Positions 1 to 28,946 of a stretch of DNA of 64,000 bases are shown one piece after another (position 1 is the stretch's first letter; every line of letters begins with the position of its first letter). The translations under genes and the position numbers were made by a program. The stretch covers positions 11,059,728-11,123,727 of the forward strand of contig CAVNZM010000005.1 in the NCBI GenBank assembly GCA_963693365.1, in the 5' to 3' direction. The stretch comes from Amoebidium appalachense (taxonomy: Eukaryota; Protista; Ichthyosporea). The notes beneath the pieces are model-generated. The model ran no database searches, was not told the DNA's origin, and saw nothing but the letters and a program-made list of their open reading frames with translations.

Positions 1-849
1 CCGTACATACGCTTCTATCGCACTAGCAACCACATATGGTGGGACAGAGACACCCTTAAACCGTAGTTGTGCAAGTAGTCCTTCCATCTGCTCCACGACA
101 TTTGCGTCCGCGTAGGCCTTAACCAACGCCACCACCTGGTCCGTATCAACGGGCATGCCTGCCCTTGCCTGTGCCTCGAGTATTCTCTCCGCTTGGCTCG
201 CACACCCCAACCTCACAAACACGGCAAACGCTTTACTGTACGCTGCTTTGTCGGTGTCTTTCCCCATTTCCACCATCCGCCCGGCTATCCGTATTGCCCC
301 GTCGGCGTCACGGGCCCGTGCAAGAGTCTCGAGTGCCATGGTGTACATTTTGACCGTTGGGGTGATGTTGCGTTCATCCATCATGGAAAACACGTTATGC
401 ACACCCTCGGCACAGGCTAAATCTCTATAGACGGAAAGCAGTGCCGTGTACGTTACCAAATTAGGTTCGACCCCCACGTCTCTCATCACCTCCAAAACTG
501 CCTCCGCGTTTTCCTTCGACGGGGGTCCGGTTCTGTTACCGAAATCGGCCGGTCGCATGAGTATGGTGTATGTTATGACGTTTGGTTGGGGGCCCGACCG
601 GAACATCTGCTGCAGGAGGGAGCGGCGTGTGTCGTTCTTAGCCACCTCCAGCATGGTATTGTAGTGGTATATGTCTGCACGCTGCGTCTTGCGCAAATAG
701 TTGAAGAAGCGCCAGCAGTCAGCGTACCTGCGTGCGGCGATGAGGCCTTTGAGCCGCCGCGTGGCACCCACCGACGTGTCTGCGGCGCTGCTGAGGGCGC
801 GGGCAAAGGGGCGGGGCAGGCAGGCAAGCAGCCGGCCCACGCCTAGCAT
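1..849 (-). CDS. Pentatricopeptide repeat (PPR) protein with probable mitochondrial presequence; 3' end lies beyond the window's left edge
   Basis: ATG at 849 with an in-frame stop just upstream; frame stays open to base 1, so it is missing from the ORF track. Reads MLGVGRLLACLPRPFARALSSAA (Arg/Leu/Ala-rich presequence), then PPR motifs ADIYHYNTML, GPQPNVITYTILM, GVEPNLVTYTALLSVY, NITPTVKMYTMALETL. Confidence 0.9.
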   Translation of the reverse strand, partial: MLGVGRLLACLPRPFARALSSAADTSVGATRRLKGLIAARRYADCWRFFNYLRKTQRADIYHYNTMLEVAKNDTRRSLLQQMFRSGPQPNVITYTILMRPADFGNRTGPPSKENAEAVLEVMRDVGVEPNLVTYTALLSVYRDLACAEGVHNVFSMMDERNITPTVKMYTMALETLARARDADGAIRIAGRMVEMGKDTDKAAYSKAFAVFVRLGCASQAERILEAQARAGMPVDTDQVVALVKAYADANVVEQMEGLLAQLRFKGVSVPPYVVASAIEAYVR

Positions 850-1749
850 CGTGCAGGCGTGCCGTCACTGCCGGGCCCTGTGCGCGGCACCGCCCTGCCC
901 TGCATATTGCCGCCCCACCTGGCTGCTGTACCCACGCCCCAGACACACGCGGGCGGGCTCTCTCTCTCCAGTACACCCCCGAAAAGGTTGCCACAGAGAC
1001 ACGAGGGGTCGCTAAGAATAGATGCAGCGAAAAGAACACCTAGTCGAGTGCTACCTTTGTGTCCTATACTAATCTTGTGGGTTGTTGACTCTACCGCTAA
1101 CAAGTGTGTGCTTGGTTGTGTTTACAGGCAACTAAGCCCTAGCCTCTGTGGAGTGAGGCACTCCACTTGCAGCAAGAGGCGAAGAAAGGGTTGAACCGCA
1201 CGCCAAAGCAACTAGGAGTAACTAATATTGATTAGATGTTGGGCCTAGTGGGACCTGTAGAATTACCACAGGACGCTCTATGTATGTTACCAGAAACTAC
1301 AGTTCGTGTATACAGCAGATTCACTTATAACTTTGCTAACCCTATACGTGCTTGCACTCACTCTCCCTCTGTGACTCTCTCTCTCTATTTTTCTGCCTAG
1401 CGCCAGCCGCATGCGCCGCAATCAATCGATGGTGCGCGTGTGACGCTCCAGCCGCGAGCCACGTGTCGCAAGCTTTTGCGCAAAAAGATTTTGTCACCCT
1501 GGAACGAGCCTAATATGGTAACTGTTACAAAAAATCGCGCGCTGATTGGCTCAAAACACCTGCAGCAAACCTAAAATTGGGCTATTATTAGTGCCTACAA
1601 TGTGGCATAAAGCCTTTTATATAATGTTATGATGGGCGGAAAAGCCACTCAACCACGTATGTACCATGTAATATGTATGCAGACTTGGGCACTAGTTCAA
1701 TGCAACTCACCGGGCAATGGCAATGGCCCAATGCCAATGGGCTTGATTG

Positions 1750-1751
<2 letters not shown>

Positions 1752-1821
<70 letters not shown>
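1752..1821. repeat. 70-nt G homopolymer, representative of the very many G/C runs in the window
   Basis: Uninterrupted G run; exact length may be affected by sequencing error. Confidence 0.9.
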
Positions 1822-1822
<1 letters not shown>

Positions 1823-3058
1823 TATCGAACCGGGTTGTCCTGGGTTGTACCATGTGTGTGTGTGTGTGTGCATGGCGCATGTGGGCATGGTGTGCGTGCG
1901 TCTTGGGGAGGGAGGAGGAGGAGGAAAGGGGGGGGGGGGGGGGGGGGGGGAGGGGGGAGGGGGGGGTAAGGATAGTAGATTGGTAAGAATGCGTAACATT
2001 CGAACCCATATTGCTGTGGCACGACGCGACCAGCATCACCAGTACAACTTCATAAACAATATTTTTGCTCAATATGTAAATATTGTGTTCTCACTGCGAT
2101 GTGCCATATTGAGAAAGTGGCTCAGTTTATTCACTTCGGTTAGTAACTCCGTAAGAGTGGTTCGCGACAAACCACACATGGCACAGCAGGTGCATTTCCT
2201 ATTAGTATAATAAGCATGTGCACGAACACACCAGGCTGCATATTGTTATATGTGCTTTTCTGTTTCCTTCGCTGGTGTTAAAAAAAAATACAAGTGGAGA
2301 GGTAAAAAAGCACAAAACTGTGCTGTAATCAGACACTATGTGCATGTCAGTATAAACAGGTACCTCTGCCTGCCTGCCAACACTATCAGGACCAATTCAC
2401 ATCACAGCTCCCGAAAAAATGGAAAGCCACCCACAAGAAAAAACACAGTTACTTGGAGTTTACGATTGTTTATACACCGCTCCTGTATAGTGTGGATTAT
2501 ATACCTTCACAGTCACAAGATAGAAGATAGAGAGACGGGTCTGTTTCTGAAAAACATCGGTCACAGCGCATTATACTGTGCTGACCGAATTGTGTCAACA
2601 TCAAAATTCCTAACGAGATCCCTACTTTCCGGCCAGGATTTTTTAAAACATTTACCTTGTATGTGATTACCTATCCATCGTAGCCGACCATTGCAATCAC
2701 AAAATAACAACTCTCAAGCTTACAAGTTGGCACAAATATTTGTCAGGCAACCATCAAGCCACATTCATACCCAAAAAGTAGATTCAAAGAAATGCGGTTG
2801 GAAGGAAATTTCAAAGGCATCAAAAGTCAGAAAGGCGAGGGAAAAAGATAACAAATTTGGAAACGCACACATGTGATATGTTTTTATATAACAGTGTATC
2901 TTCGATAGTACATGCATGTGTCTGTGTGTGCGCATACGTGCACGTGGGTGTTGTTGTAGCTTTCGTGCTAGCCATTCTTAGGGTTCAGACACAACGGGCG
3001 GAAAGGGTTACTGTGGTGGTCGTAGTGTGTGTGTGTGTGTGCGCACGTGTGTGCGCAC

Positions 3059-3151
<93 letters not shown>

Positions 3152-3283
3152 ATGCGCGTGGGTCTTTGTGTTTGTTTGTGTATGGCGGCGGAAGTGAAAT
3201 TAGTGGTGGTGGTAGGGGGGGGGGGGGGGGGGGGGGGGGGGAGGGGGGGGAGGGGGGGAGCGAGGTTCAATCTCCCAGAACTT

Positions 3284-16215
<12,932 letters not shown>

Positions 16216-16239
16216 CTATGGGCGGATGCGTAGCTCCAT
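16216..16239 (-). promoter_or_regulatory. In-frame uORF (MELRIRP*) whose TAG directly abuts the TBC start codon
   Basis: Minus strand reads ATG GAG CTA CGC ATC CGC CCA TAG ATG GAG GTC. Confidence 0.55.
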
Positions 16240-17135
16240 GGGCTCAGATTGCACGCAAAAGAGAAAACGTGCTAAAAAATAAGAAAATAATAGCGTTAGA
16301 ACATGCAGTCAACAAATGTGGTCCTTGCTGGTGCCGTGTGCTTTGCTATGAAAACTATGTTTCGCCTATATTCCAGATATGCAAGGTTGTTTGGTAAACA
16401 ATATGTTCCGACCTTCCTGGTAGGGGTTTAGTTGTGCGTTAGCCTCCGAAACAACAAACTAGTCAAGTTCGCTTGTCTTGATTATGAAGACGCCATAAGC
16501 CCTCCTTATTAGAGCGTTATAATCCTTGCACCATTCAGCTCAAGATTCAGGACAACTTCGTCTTTCCATGGCGCTACAGGAAGGCTTTCTGCAGGTACGT
16601 TGCGGACGGACGCAAGTTTACTGTGACAACACCAAGGAATGCGTTGTGAGCACGGGCTACCATATTTGGGCATGCAGAAGGTCATTTGATTCGCTGCTAA
16701 AATGGGTCAACAACAACATCCAATCACCGGCGTGCTTGTAAATGACTCGTAATGGGTTGCTGAAGGACTTTCGAATTCTGAGCAGCGCCAAAACTTCGTG
16801 ACTGTGCAAGACTGTACTTAAAAAAACACCTCTCAGCTTGCAATTCTCCTACTAAGTTGTGCTTGTTTTCCATGCGCAGCTGGGTATAAACAATACAGTA
16901 ACCTGCATGAGAGACAGAAGTAACCTGCGTGCATTTGCGACTCCGAGAATTTGAGACGGAAGTCTACGCCACTATCACTCAAGGTTTACACGGGGAAACC
17001 GATTGGGAGTACTCAGTCCTTCGTGTGTGTGCAAGGTTTACTCCGTTTTCCAGCACCCTGAGTCCCGGCAGGCCCAGCTGCAGTCTGTGGAAATTATTTC
17101 TCCCCCCCCCCCCCCCCCCCCCCCTCCCCTCCCAC

Positions 17136-17234
<99 letters not shown>

Positions 17235-17250
17235 CAACACACACACCACG

Positions 17251-17323
<73 letters not shown>

Positions 17324-17988
17324 GATCACTCAAGGCAGAGTAACCCTGTTAGGACGGTGCCGGCAGATTTGACCACCGATCAGGCTGCCATGGGCAAAAC
17401 AGACGTATGTATTGAATGTAAATGTGTTTACTTTCCTGTATCTTTTACAAGGCGATATTCAACAATCATCAAAATGCAACATGCTGTACTAATAGTAATA
17501 TCATACAAAGTTGGAGAAGCAGGGGCAAACCATCATGCAATACACGCGATACATAAAAATTTTTTAGTAATGGCCCATTCGAAGGATATACATGCTTCAA
17601 TCTCGGTACAATCAGTAACTCAAAATTTGACACATTACAACAGCTTATTATTACTGTAACACGATATAGGATCCTTCTGCTTGCCTAGTTCATCAAATTT
17701 TATCAAAAGAGGGATGCATGCTGTCTAATTAAAGGTATATAGCTGACTTGGCAAGTCTTTAATGCTACAATAATCTCTAAAGCAGAGATGTACGAGTGCT
17801 ATTAATATTCAATAAGCCGTGAAATCAAACTACTAAGTCACTACCAATGAAGTTAATAATAGAAATATTCCACGGGGTTATTTAGGCGCGTAGCCAATCA
17901 AATCAAGACTGCCATATGCACAGGCAGCAATACATTTCACAGCACCTGGGCCTAGCTCCCAGCTACAATCGATTCAATACGATCCCAC

Positions 17989-19897
17989 TTACATGTCCCC
18001 GTCAACGTAATCTTCGCGAATGTGCAAACCCTTGGTGTGTCGTGCCAACTCATCCGACCGAGCAAACCTTTTACCACAGCCAGCATAGGGACACACAAAC
18101 GGTTTCTCCCCCGTATGTGTCCGCACGTGCGTGGTCATGTGGTCAGAGCGAGAAAATTTCCTCCCGCAATGTTCACAAACAAACGGACGCAGCCCTGTAT
18201 GGTTTCTGCTATGACGTGTAAGCTCATAGGACCGTGCGAACTTTTTTCCACAACCAATCTCTGGGCACGTAAACGGTTTGTCGCCTGTGTGCGCCTGCTG
18301 GTGTGTTTGAAGGTGGGACTTGCGGATGTAGCTCTTCCCACAGCCCATTTCGGTACAATCGTAGCGTTTACGCGCGGTACCAATTCCTTGAGTCTCCCCT
18401 GCGTCATTACTCTCATAAGGAGAGTGCGATATCTGTTGATTTTCCCAAGCATGAGGCTTGGACCCTGGTTCTCCATAATCAAACATGGTCATTTCTGGGG
18501 AGCTTTCTGCGTTGTCTGAACTCACAGCGAAGGATGCTAGGAATGTGCTTGCATGTGTTTCCCCTCTACCGAGCCCATCATGCATACTGTGGGTAGTCCA
18601 CAATGCATTTCCGGCTGTTGTTTTGGCTTCGGGGGTGCCAGTCGCGGCGTTTTCCCCGTGCCCATCATTATGTTGCGTAGTGTCGGGCAGGGATGCCGGC
18701 GAGCTGGAATAACGGTAGCGCATATCTATTGGGTGCTCATGCAGACTCGGTGATAACGTTGAGTCGCTGTGTCTACTTGGGCTCTGTTCGTAGTGCGGCA
18801 TTGTGTCACCCACACAGTGGAGGTTGTATGTTGACGCCGGGGAAGATAAATATGTCGACGATGTGGGGGGAAATGAAACCGAAGGTACCGATGGGCGGAC
18901 TTGTTGGGGTGGAAGATACTGTTGGCTGCCTGCAAGTGGGCTGTCCAGGATGCAGGCAATGCTGAAGCTGATCCTCTTTGCCCCTGCGAAAGTGATGCGG
19001 TTGGGAGTGGGTAGAGGGAAGGCCGAGGGAGGGAGATGGGGGAAACGGCGTGGAGTTGGGGGGTGGGGGCGGAGAAGGGGGAAGGGGGGGGGGGGGGGGG
19101 GGGAAGGGACGGGGGGGTTCCGGGGGTATTGAGGCAGAAGGCCATTAATAAGTTGTTAGCATCGGCATTCCATGCTAATGAGAGGCTATCCATATTAGTG
19201 TGCTGGGCAATCAAATGTATTAGGAACTTCCAACAACGGAAACATACACTGCAATGCATTTGAGTTAATCTTGATCTCGACGTTGCTGGAACTTCTTTAA
19301 ATACTCATAGCTGGGGCACAACCCTAGGCTAAGAGTTGACGATGATACGGACCACTCGTTGTGATAAACTCATACCACTGCAACATCCCTGAAGGCTTAC
19401 AAGGCAGAATAATAATATATGTCAATGGAACAGGCTGGGCAATGTTGAGGTTGTTTGTGCCGGCGCAAATTTTGGTTTAGTTCACCTCTCCCTTGCACGA
19501 GTAACATCTGGCATGATCATTATTGGGCCACGGCTTGGGTCACCACTAACACCCAAAAACACCATAGGAGCTTTGCTCTCTTTTATATCATCCCTCTTCA
19601 GTTACCGCCAAAAACAAGGACCATGTGTACTCAGACCCAATGTTCTCCTCATACTCGTGTATAAAATCATTCACTACAGTTGCAGGGGGCAGGGGCCTGT
19701 ACCAACTCACCATTATTAGCTGTTTGCCCCGGGTACTGTTGGCCTGCAGTGGCCATATAGTTGTGCTGGGACAGACCCCTCGGCCTGTCACTTCTGCTCA
19801 CAACATTGCTCCACGGGCGAAGGGAGGTCAGCCCCTCGGCCGCCTCCCGTTCGGCGGCGCTGTGCTGGACTGGTCTTGGCACGCTATGCATGATCAT
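17989..19897 (-). CDS. KLF/WT1-like C2H2 zinc-finger transcription factor with four fingers, ~393 aa, 2 exons
   Basis: Exon 1 19897-19711 (ctaccATG; donor G|GTGAGT, phase 1); exon 2 18983-17989 (tttcgcAG|GG, phase 1). Four fingers with TGDKP/TGLRP/TGEKP linkers and helices [33 protein letters not shown]-terminal motifs EAAEGLTSL and FSIACIL. Confidence 0.9.
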
Positions 19898-21234
19898 GGT
19901 AGGAAAAACGCGTTGCAAGGGCAGAACATGGATTTCTCCTCCTCCTTTTGGTTTACACCTCGGGCTCTTTCATGGGGAACAAAGTGACACAAAAGGGGCT
20001 TGCAAGGTAGAGTTGAGAAAGTTTTATCTACTGGGTGTTCACACTGGGAATGTGTGGAGTCTATCTACTAGACAGTGCAAAATACGAGAAGTACTTGTCA
20101 GTAAAATCGCTGCTTGCAAGGCCCGAGATATTCCTCCTCTTTGTTTCTCTGTCACAAATAACGGCTTAGTTGGCATCCCCCTGTGAACAAGGTGCACTTG
20201 GAGCTGCGACGTATTTTGTGTAGTTGGCAATGGCAAAGTCCTCGATCGATGGGAAGACGGAACGGTACACCAAAAAGGAATCTCCGTGTGCTGGTGAAGT
20301 GGCTACATACAGCCTTGCTAGAACTACAAAATCTTAAACACACGCCATACACTTATTTTTACGTTCGATAACCACTTCTGTCGTGTAGTACTCTCATATG
20401 TTCAAGGCTGTAAATACTGTAAAGCACAAAGGGTCATTTAGGGTGAAAGTGCATGGAGCCAACCACCAACGTCCTGTCTGTCTTTACATAAAAGCCACCA
20501 ATTACAACATTGTGAGCCGCAACTTTGCAAAGAAACCACCGGCCCGTACCAGCTATGTCATTGTCAATTACATACATACAACAGACTGAAAAAAAGGATG
20601 TGGCGCCATCCCAAAACATAAGGCTCCCAAAAGTACTGCGCGCACTTGGCCGTGCGGACATAGGATCAATGCTCTGTAGACCCAAATGCTTTCTACGGAA
20701 CGCGGTTACAACGCTGCATGACCGACTACCAATCTGAATCGACTAGCTCTTATGGAATGATCATCGAGCCTCGTGTGCATACTTCAGTTCTTTTCGGTTC
20801 ATGACGAATTCTCTGATAGCAAAAGACGGTGCGTCACTATCAACTGGTATGCACAAAAGAGGAAATCTAAAAACACGTAAATCAGCAAGTATGTCTGGCG
20901 ATACTAGCATTGACGAAAGAAAATATATGTATACAAAGAACTAGATAGAAAGCATGTGAATACAAATGGCTCAGGACTTCGCTTCTGAATCGCACCAACA
21001 GAGATCTTGAGTTGTATGCATATCAGATTTGGACCAATGAACAGTGGCTTATCTAGAGGGATTAGCGCCCTAGCAACAACAGATAAGATTTGACCATAAC
21101 ATCGCCGATGCCTTCGTGTAAGAAGGCGAGCGTCACACGCCACAAAACCCCGGAGAGAAACAGGAAAACAGTAGTTACACAACATAAGGCAAGAAACATC
21201 TATTGAAGTTGTATTCTGTCGATGTACTCGAATC

Positions 21235-21312
21235 ATTCTTGTGTTCACAGCTCTCCCACGCTCCGCAGCTCGGCCGAGCTGCGGAGCGTGGGAGAGCTGT
21301 GAACACAAGAAT
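21235..21312. repeat. Perfect 78-bp palindrome (39-bp arms, no spacer)
   Basis: attcttgtgttcacagctctcccacgctccgcagctcgg|ccgagctgcggagcgtgggagagctgtgaacacaagaat; arms checked as exact reverse complements. Confidence 0.97.
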
Positions 21313-22119
21313 ACAGTCACACATCTGCTGCTGGCCAATCGCAGGAGGACCAACCGTTAAAGCCAATCGCATGGACGAATAAGTTTTGTTAGACCAATCA
21401 GGAGTATGCAAATACGCACTGGTCGATCTACGGGGCTTCAAATTAGTAAAACAGTGCAATGCAGTGCATAGCTGAGTGATTTCTCTGCGCTACATAGCAA
21501 CTTAAAAGAACGTGCCAAACCAGCTATTTTAAAACCATGAAAACTGATTTTAAACCATTAAACAGGATTTTTATCATCACAAGCTATTTTCCATTACGTG
21601 CAACCGGTAAAGTCGACAGCTGCTCTCGCTAGCAGTGCTAATATTAATATGTATTACGGAGGCTGTCCTGAGGCTTTCCAGCCCTGATATTGCACCTCCC
21701 GGCGCCGCCATGAATGTATGATCGATCACGTTGGCCAAAAAAAAAGGTAGAAGAAAATAATTTGGGGAAAAGTACATGTTATCTAATCTTCTGAGCAAAA
21801 TAACAGTATGGTTATAACAATATAACTATATAGCCCTTCACCACAAGCTGCTGCACCTCACGAGTTTCCGTGTGATCACTAGCCCACTTCGGAACTGGCA
21901 GTTTAGGGAGAATAATATGCGCAAACACATTGGCATGTACGGCCGTGGCCCTCTGAACACAAGGGCCGTGGCCGTGGCCGAGGTGGAGTGTGACTGAATG
22001 ATTGGCGCCAAACCTCAGGAAACGTGACGGCCGCCTCCTACATATATATTCTCCTACATGCTACAGCGGCTTTTCTTGTGTGCTTGTTGTACAATCGCTT
22101 TAGTCTTACGGAAGAAAAT

Positions 22120-25379
<3,260 letters not shown>

Positions 25380-25718
25380 TGGTTACAGATAAAGCATATA
25401 TTGGGGTGTTTTGACATTGTATTGCTATGTGTACAACCCTTGTAGATAGCTGAGTAAGAGTCTTGATACAAATTAAGATTAATATCATCTAATTTTTATT
25501 AACGTTAGTTAAATTGGGGTTTACTCGTTGTGGGGTGCGGTGGTCATGGGAGAGTATGATAAGGCTAGTGGACTCGCATGAATGAAGTTCCGAAACTCGC
25601 ATTAGTAGCAACACACACTAGTAGAGTTACCGTAGTGAAAACCCAAGATAGTCCCTCCCCAAGCTTTCCCCCCCTCCCCCCCTCTTCCCCCTTCTTTTTG
25701 CATCCAATAATGAGCCCC

Positions 25719-25756
<38 letters not shown>

Positions 25757-26310
25757 ACCCACTGTCACCCTACTTTGACTGATTTCAAGAAATTTCATTT
25801 TTGTTTGCTTGCTTTTTGCTTGTTTGTTTTGTTGTCCATTGGGTGGGGTTGTTTTTTTTTTTAAAAGGAAGTAGGTGGTAATTACTGTTGTTGGTACAGT
25901 TGGGGGGGGGGGGGGGGGGGGGGGGGGCCGGGGGGTGGTTATGACCATGGGCCAGCTATGTTTGCAGGGTTGTAGGAAAGGATACTTTTTCTCTCACACA
26001 GAAAAGTTGGCCATAGCAGGACGTATTTGTGCGCCGATTGATATTCCTACTTTTTTTAGTGTTTTGTAATACCTTCTTTTTTGGGTGCCAAAACGTCCTG
26101 CCCTAATTTCCATGTATTGCTAATCGGTGAGATCAGGCACGAATTATTGGTCGATGCGATTTTTTTTTTTTCTTCCTGAGATTGCATGGCTGATACATGC
26201 CATTGTAATACCTGGGCTGAGCCTTGTTGCTGGGCGAGTGTGCAAGTGTGTAACTTTAAAAGTACGGCATCGATGTTCTGATCATAATCACCAACCATGT
26301 CAACTCCGAG

Positions 26311-26392
<82 letters not shown>

Positions 26393-26593
26393 AAAAAAAA
26401 AAACCCCTCTCAACCCCCGAATCCCGCAACCCCACCCCACCTCACTCATGGCCGCCGACCCACCCCCAGGCCCAACGCTTTTTATTTTACCCACCCACCA
26501 CCACCGCCGGTACCAACTTCTAACACCGTGTGCACGCACGTACACACGTACACATCCATGGCCACCCACCCATGCACACACACACACACGCAC

Positions 26594-26645
<52 letters not shown>

Positions 26646-27394
26646 ACACACACGTACATCTACAGGCCACGTCCCAGCCCCGCCACCCCACCAAACACTT
26701 GCGTTTGACCACTGTGCACATATATATACCACCTATCATCTAAATGATTTCAAGTCATCATGACACTAGGGAACTCAACATTACTCGAAACAAGTACGCA
26801 CGATTGATATCTTTGAACCTAAGCCACGTACTACTATTGTGAGCCACAAGAGAAATTTACGTTAGATCAAGAAACGGCACGTCTAGGCCAGAAATAAGCA
26901 TGGACATGCATGTACGTATACAATACATGTTAATCTACGTTTTCATGCATGCCGCTAGCTAAATCAGTCATTTCGTGCACGTATATATGCACATCGCGCC
27001 AACTTTGAATTGCTTATAGGCTTGCACAGTTGTTGGTTCAATGGTTACCGCTGTACCAGTGCTAGGCTAGCATGCATGACGGCAGAAATTTGAATACAAA
27101 ATCTGATACCGTAACGTGATGAATGCTCACAATGGCACTCGCAGAGACAGGTCTAAACACATCCTGCGGCTATATGGCACAAACTCATCATGACAAACAA
27201 CACCATCAACAAACTACTAGGCTAATGAATTTAGAAGTGCTTTTCCGCCCCGGGTCGAGTTCGACTACAGCAAATCCATGCAATTCAAGGGGCCATCACG
27301 CGTGCGTATGCGCACCCGGTGCATAAGAAGGAAAACATGCAGCTGCCATTAAATTTTGGAGGGCACAAAGTCGGGTGTGTGTGTGTGTGTACGT

Positions 27395-27425
<31 letters not shown>

Positions 27426-27890
27426 GGGGGGGGGAGGGGGGGAAGGGATAAAGCGAGGGCCGGCAAACATGTCGAAAAAGGCTGAAAAGAACATAAAACA
27501 TCTGCATTCGACTGGTTTATTGCTATATTCCCTGGGTGCACCAGGCCCCCACCATCTATACTCTTTCCTATCATATTGTATGGGTTATTCGAGACAGATA
27601 GTATATTAATAAGCCAAATCTACGGTGCCATTAGTCGTATCAAACAAATCCATATTGCCTGCATTATCCGAAAAAAAAGCACACATACACACACGAAGGA
27701 AAGAAATCATACAGAATGTGAGAAACGTAATCAAATTTGCTGTGTGCATTGTTGTTTTGCGCGGGGGGCGGGGGGATAAACGAAAAAGGCTGTGTAGGGC
27801 TGGCACACATTTGCAACTGCATGTGCGTCAACCAGCCCAATTCGTTCCAGACACACATTCGGTTCGAGTCAGCAGGCGGGTCGACCCGGC

Positions 27891-28215
27891 TCACATGAAG
27901 TCCTCCTCAAAGGCCCTCACATCCACATCGTGGTCGTATTGGTTCGAATGCTGCATGGGGGGGTAAAAGGAATGAGATTAAATTAGCAGACAGACAGTGC
28001 ATGAACTACAGAGTGCGTAGGCATACTGCATGGATGGGCTAGGTGCAGATGAAAGGTGTCATGATGTCGGTGTTGGATTGCTCGGTGTGCCATAGGCTTC
28101 ACAGTGCACAAGCATAAGCCAATTAGAGCATATTATGCATCGGATACACTGCAACTATACACACCCATGTACAACCTACTTGCCTGGCCACACACACACA
28201 CACACACGCACACGC

Positions 28216-28268
<53 letters not shown>

Positions 28269-28905
28269 CACACACGCACGCCATTCCTCAATTCCCTAGT
28301 CATGGAAAACAAAACGAAAAGTGCTCCACATGAAGGTTGAGGGAAAATTAATGGGTGAGGCTGGTACCAGTGTGTGCATGGCTGCTGTTTGTTAAAAGCA
28401 GACACACATGCACACGTGTTTCAAAGGAATGCACGATCCCCCCCCCCCCCCCCCCCCCTCCTTTTTCTAATCTTCCCCACAGGAGTCACAGACAAACAAG
28501 ACCCAACTAATAGAACCAACGCCCTTATGCCCACACACAGTCTCCATTCCCCCCTCCCCCCTCCCCCCCCCCCCCCCCCCCCCCCATACGCACCCCCCCC
28601 CCCCCCCCCCCCCCCCCCCACCACACACACACCACCAAACCAACCAGCCACCAACCAAATTCAAACTCCATCCACTCAGCCCCCACACCCCAACATCCCC
28701 CCCCCCCCCCCCCCCTTCCCCCTCCCCCCAAACACACCCACACACACACACCTTCACCCCCACACACCAACATTCCCCTTCTCCCCCCCCCCCCCCCCCC
28801 CCCCCCTAACACCCGTCCCCGCCTCCCTCCCACTCCCCCAAACATCCACCATCCATCCACCAACTACACGCCCATCACCCACTTCCACACCATGCCCCTC
28901 CGCCG

Positions 28906-28946
<41 letters not shown>

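Noticed and set aside
18984-19259. MDSLSLAW... ORF as the N-terminus of the zinc-finger gene via a poly-C frameshift
   Set aside because: A clean phase-1 intron (19710-18984) joins an upstream exon with a good start context, so this stretch is intronic.
27255-27270. tRNA or Pol III B-box (gagttcgact)
   Set aside because: No cloverleaf or A-box can be built around it.
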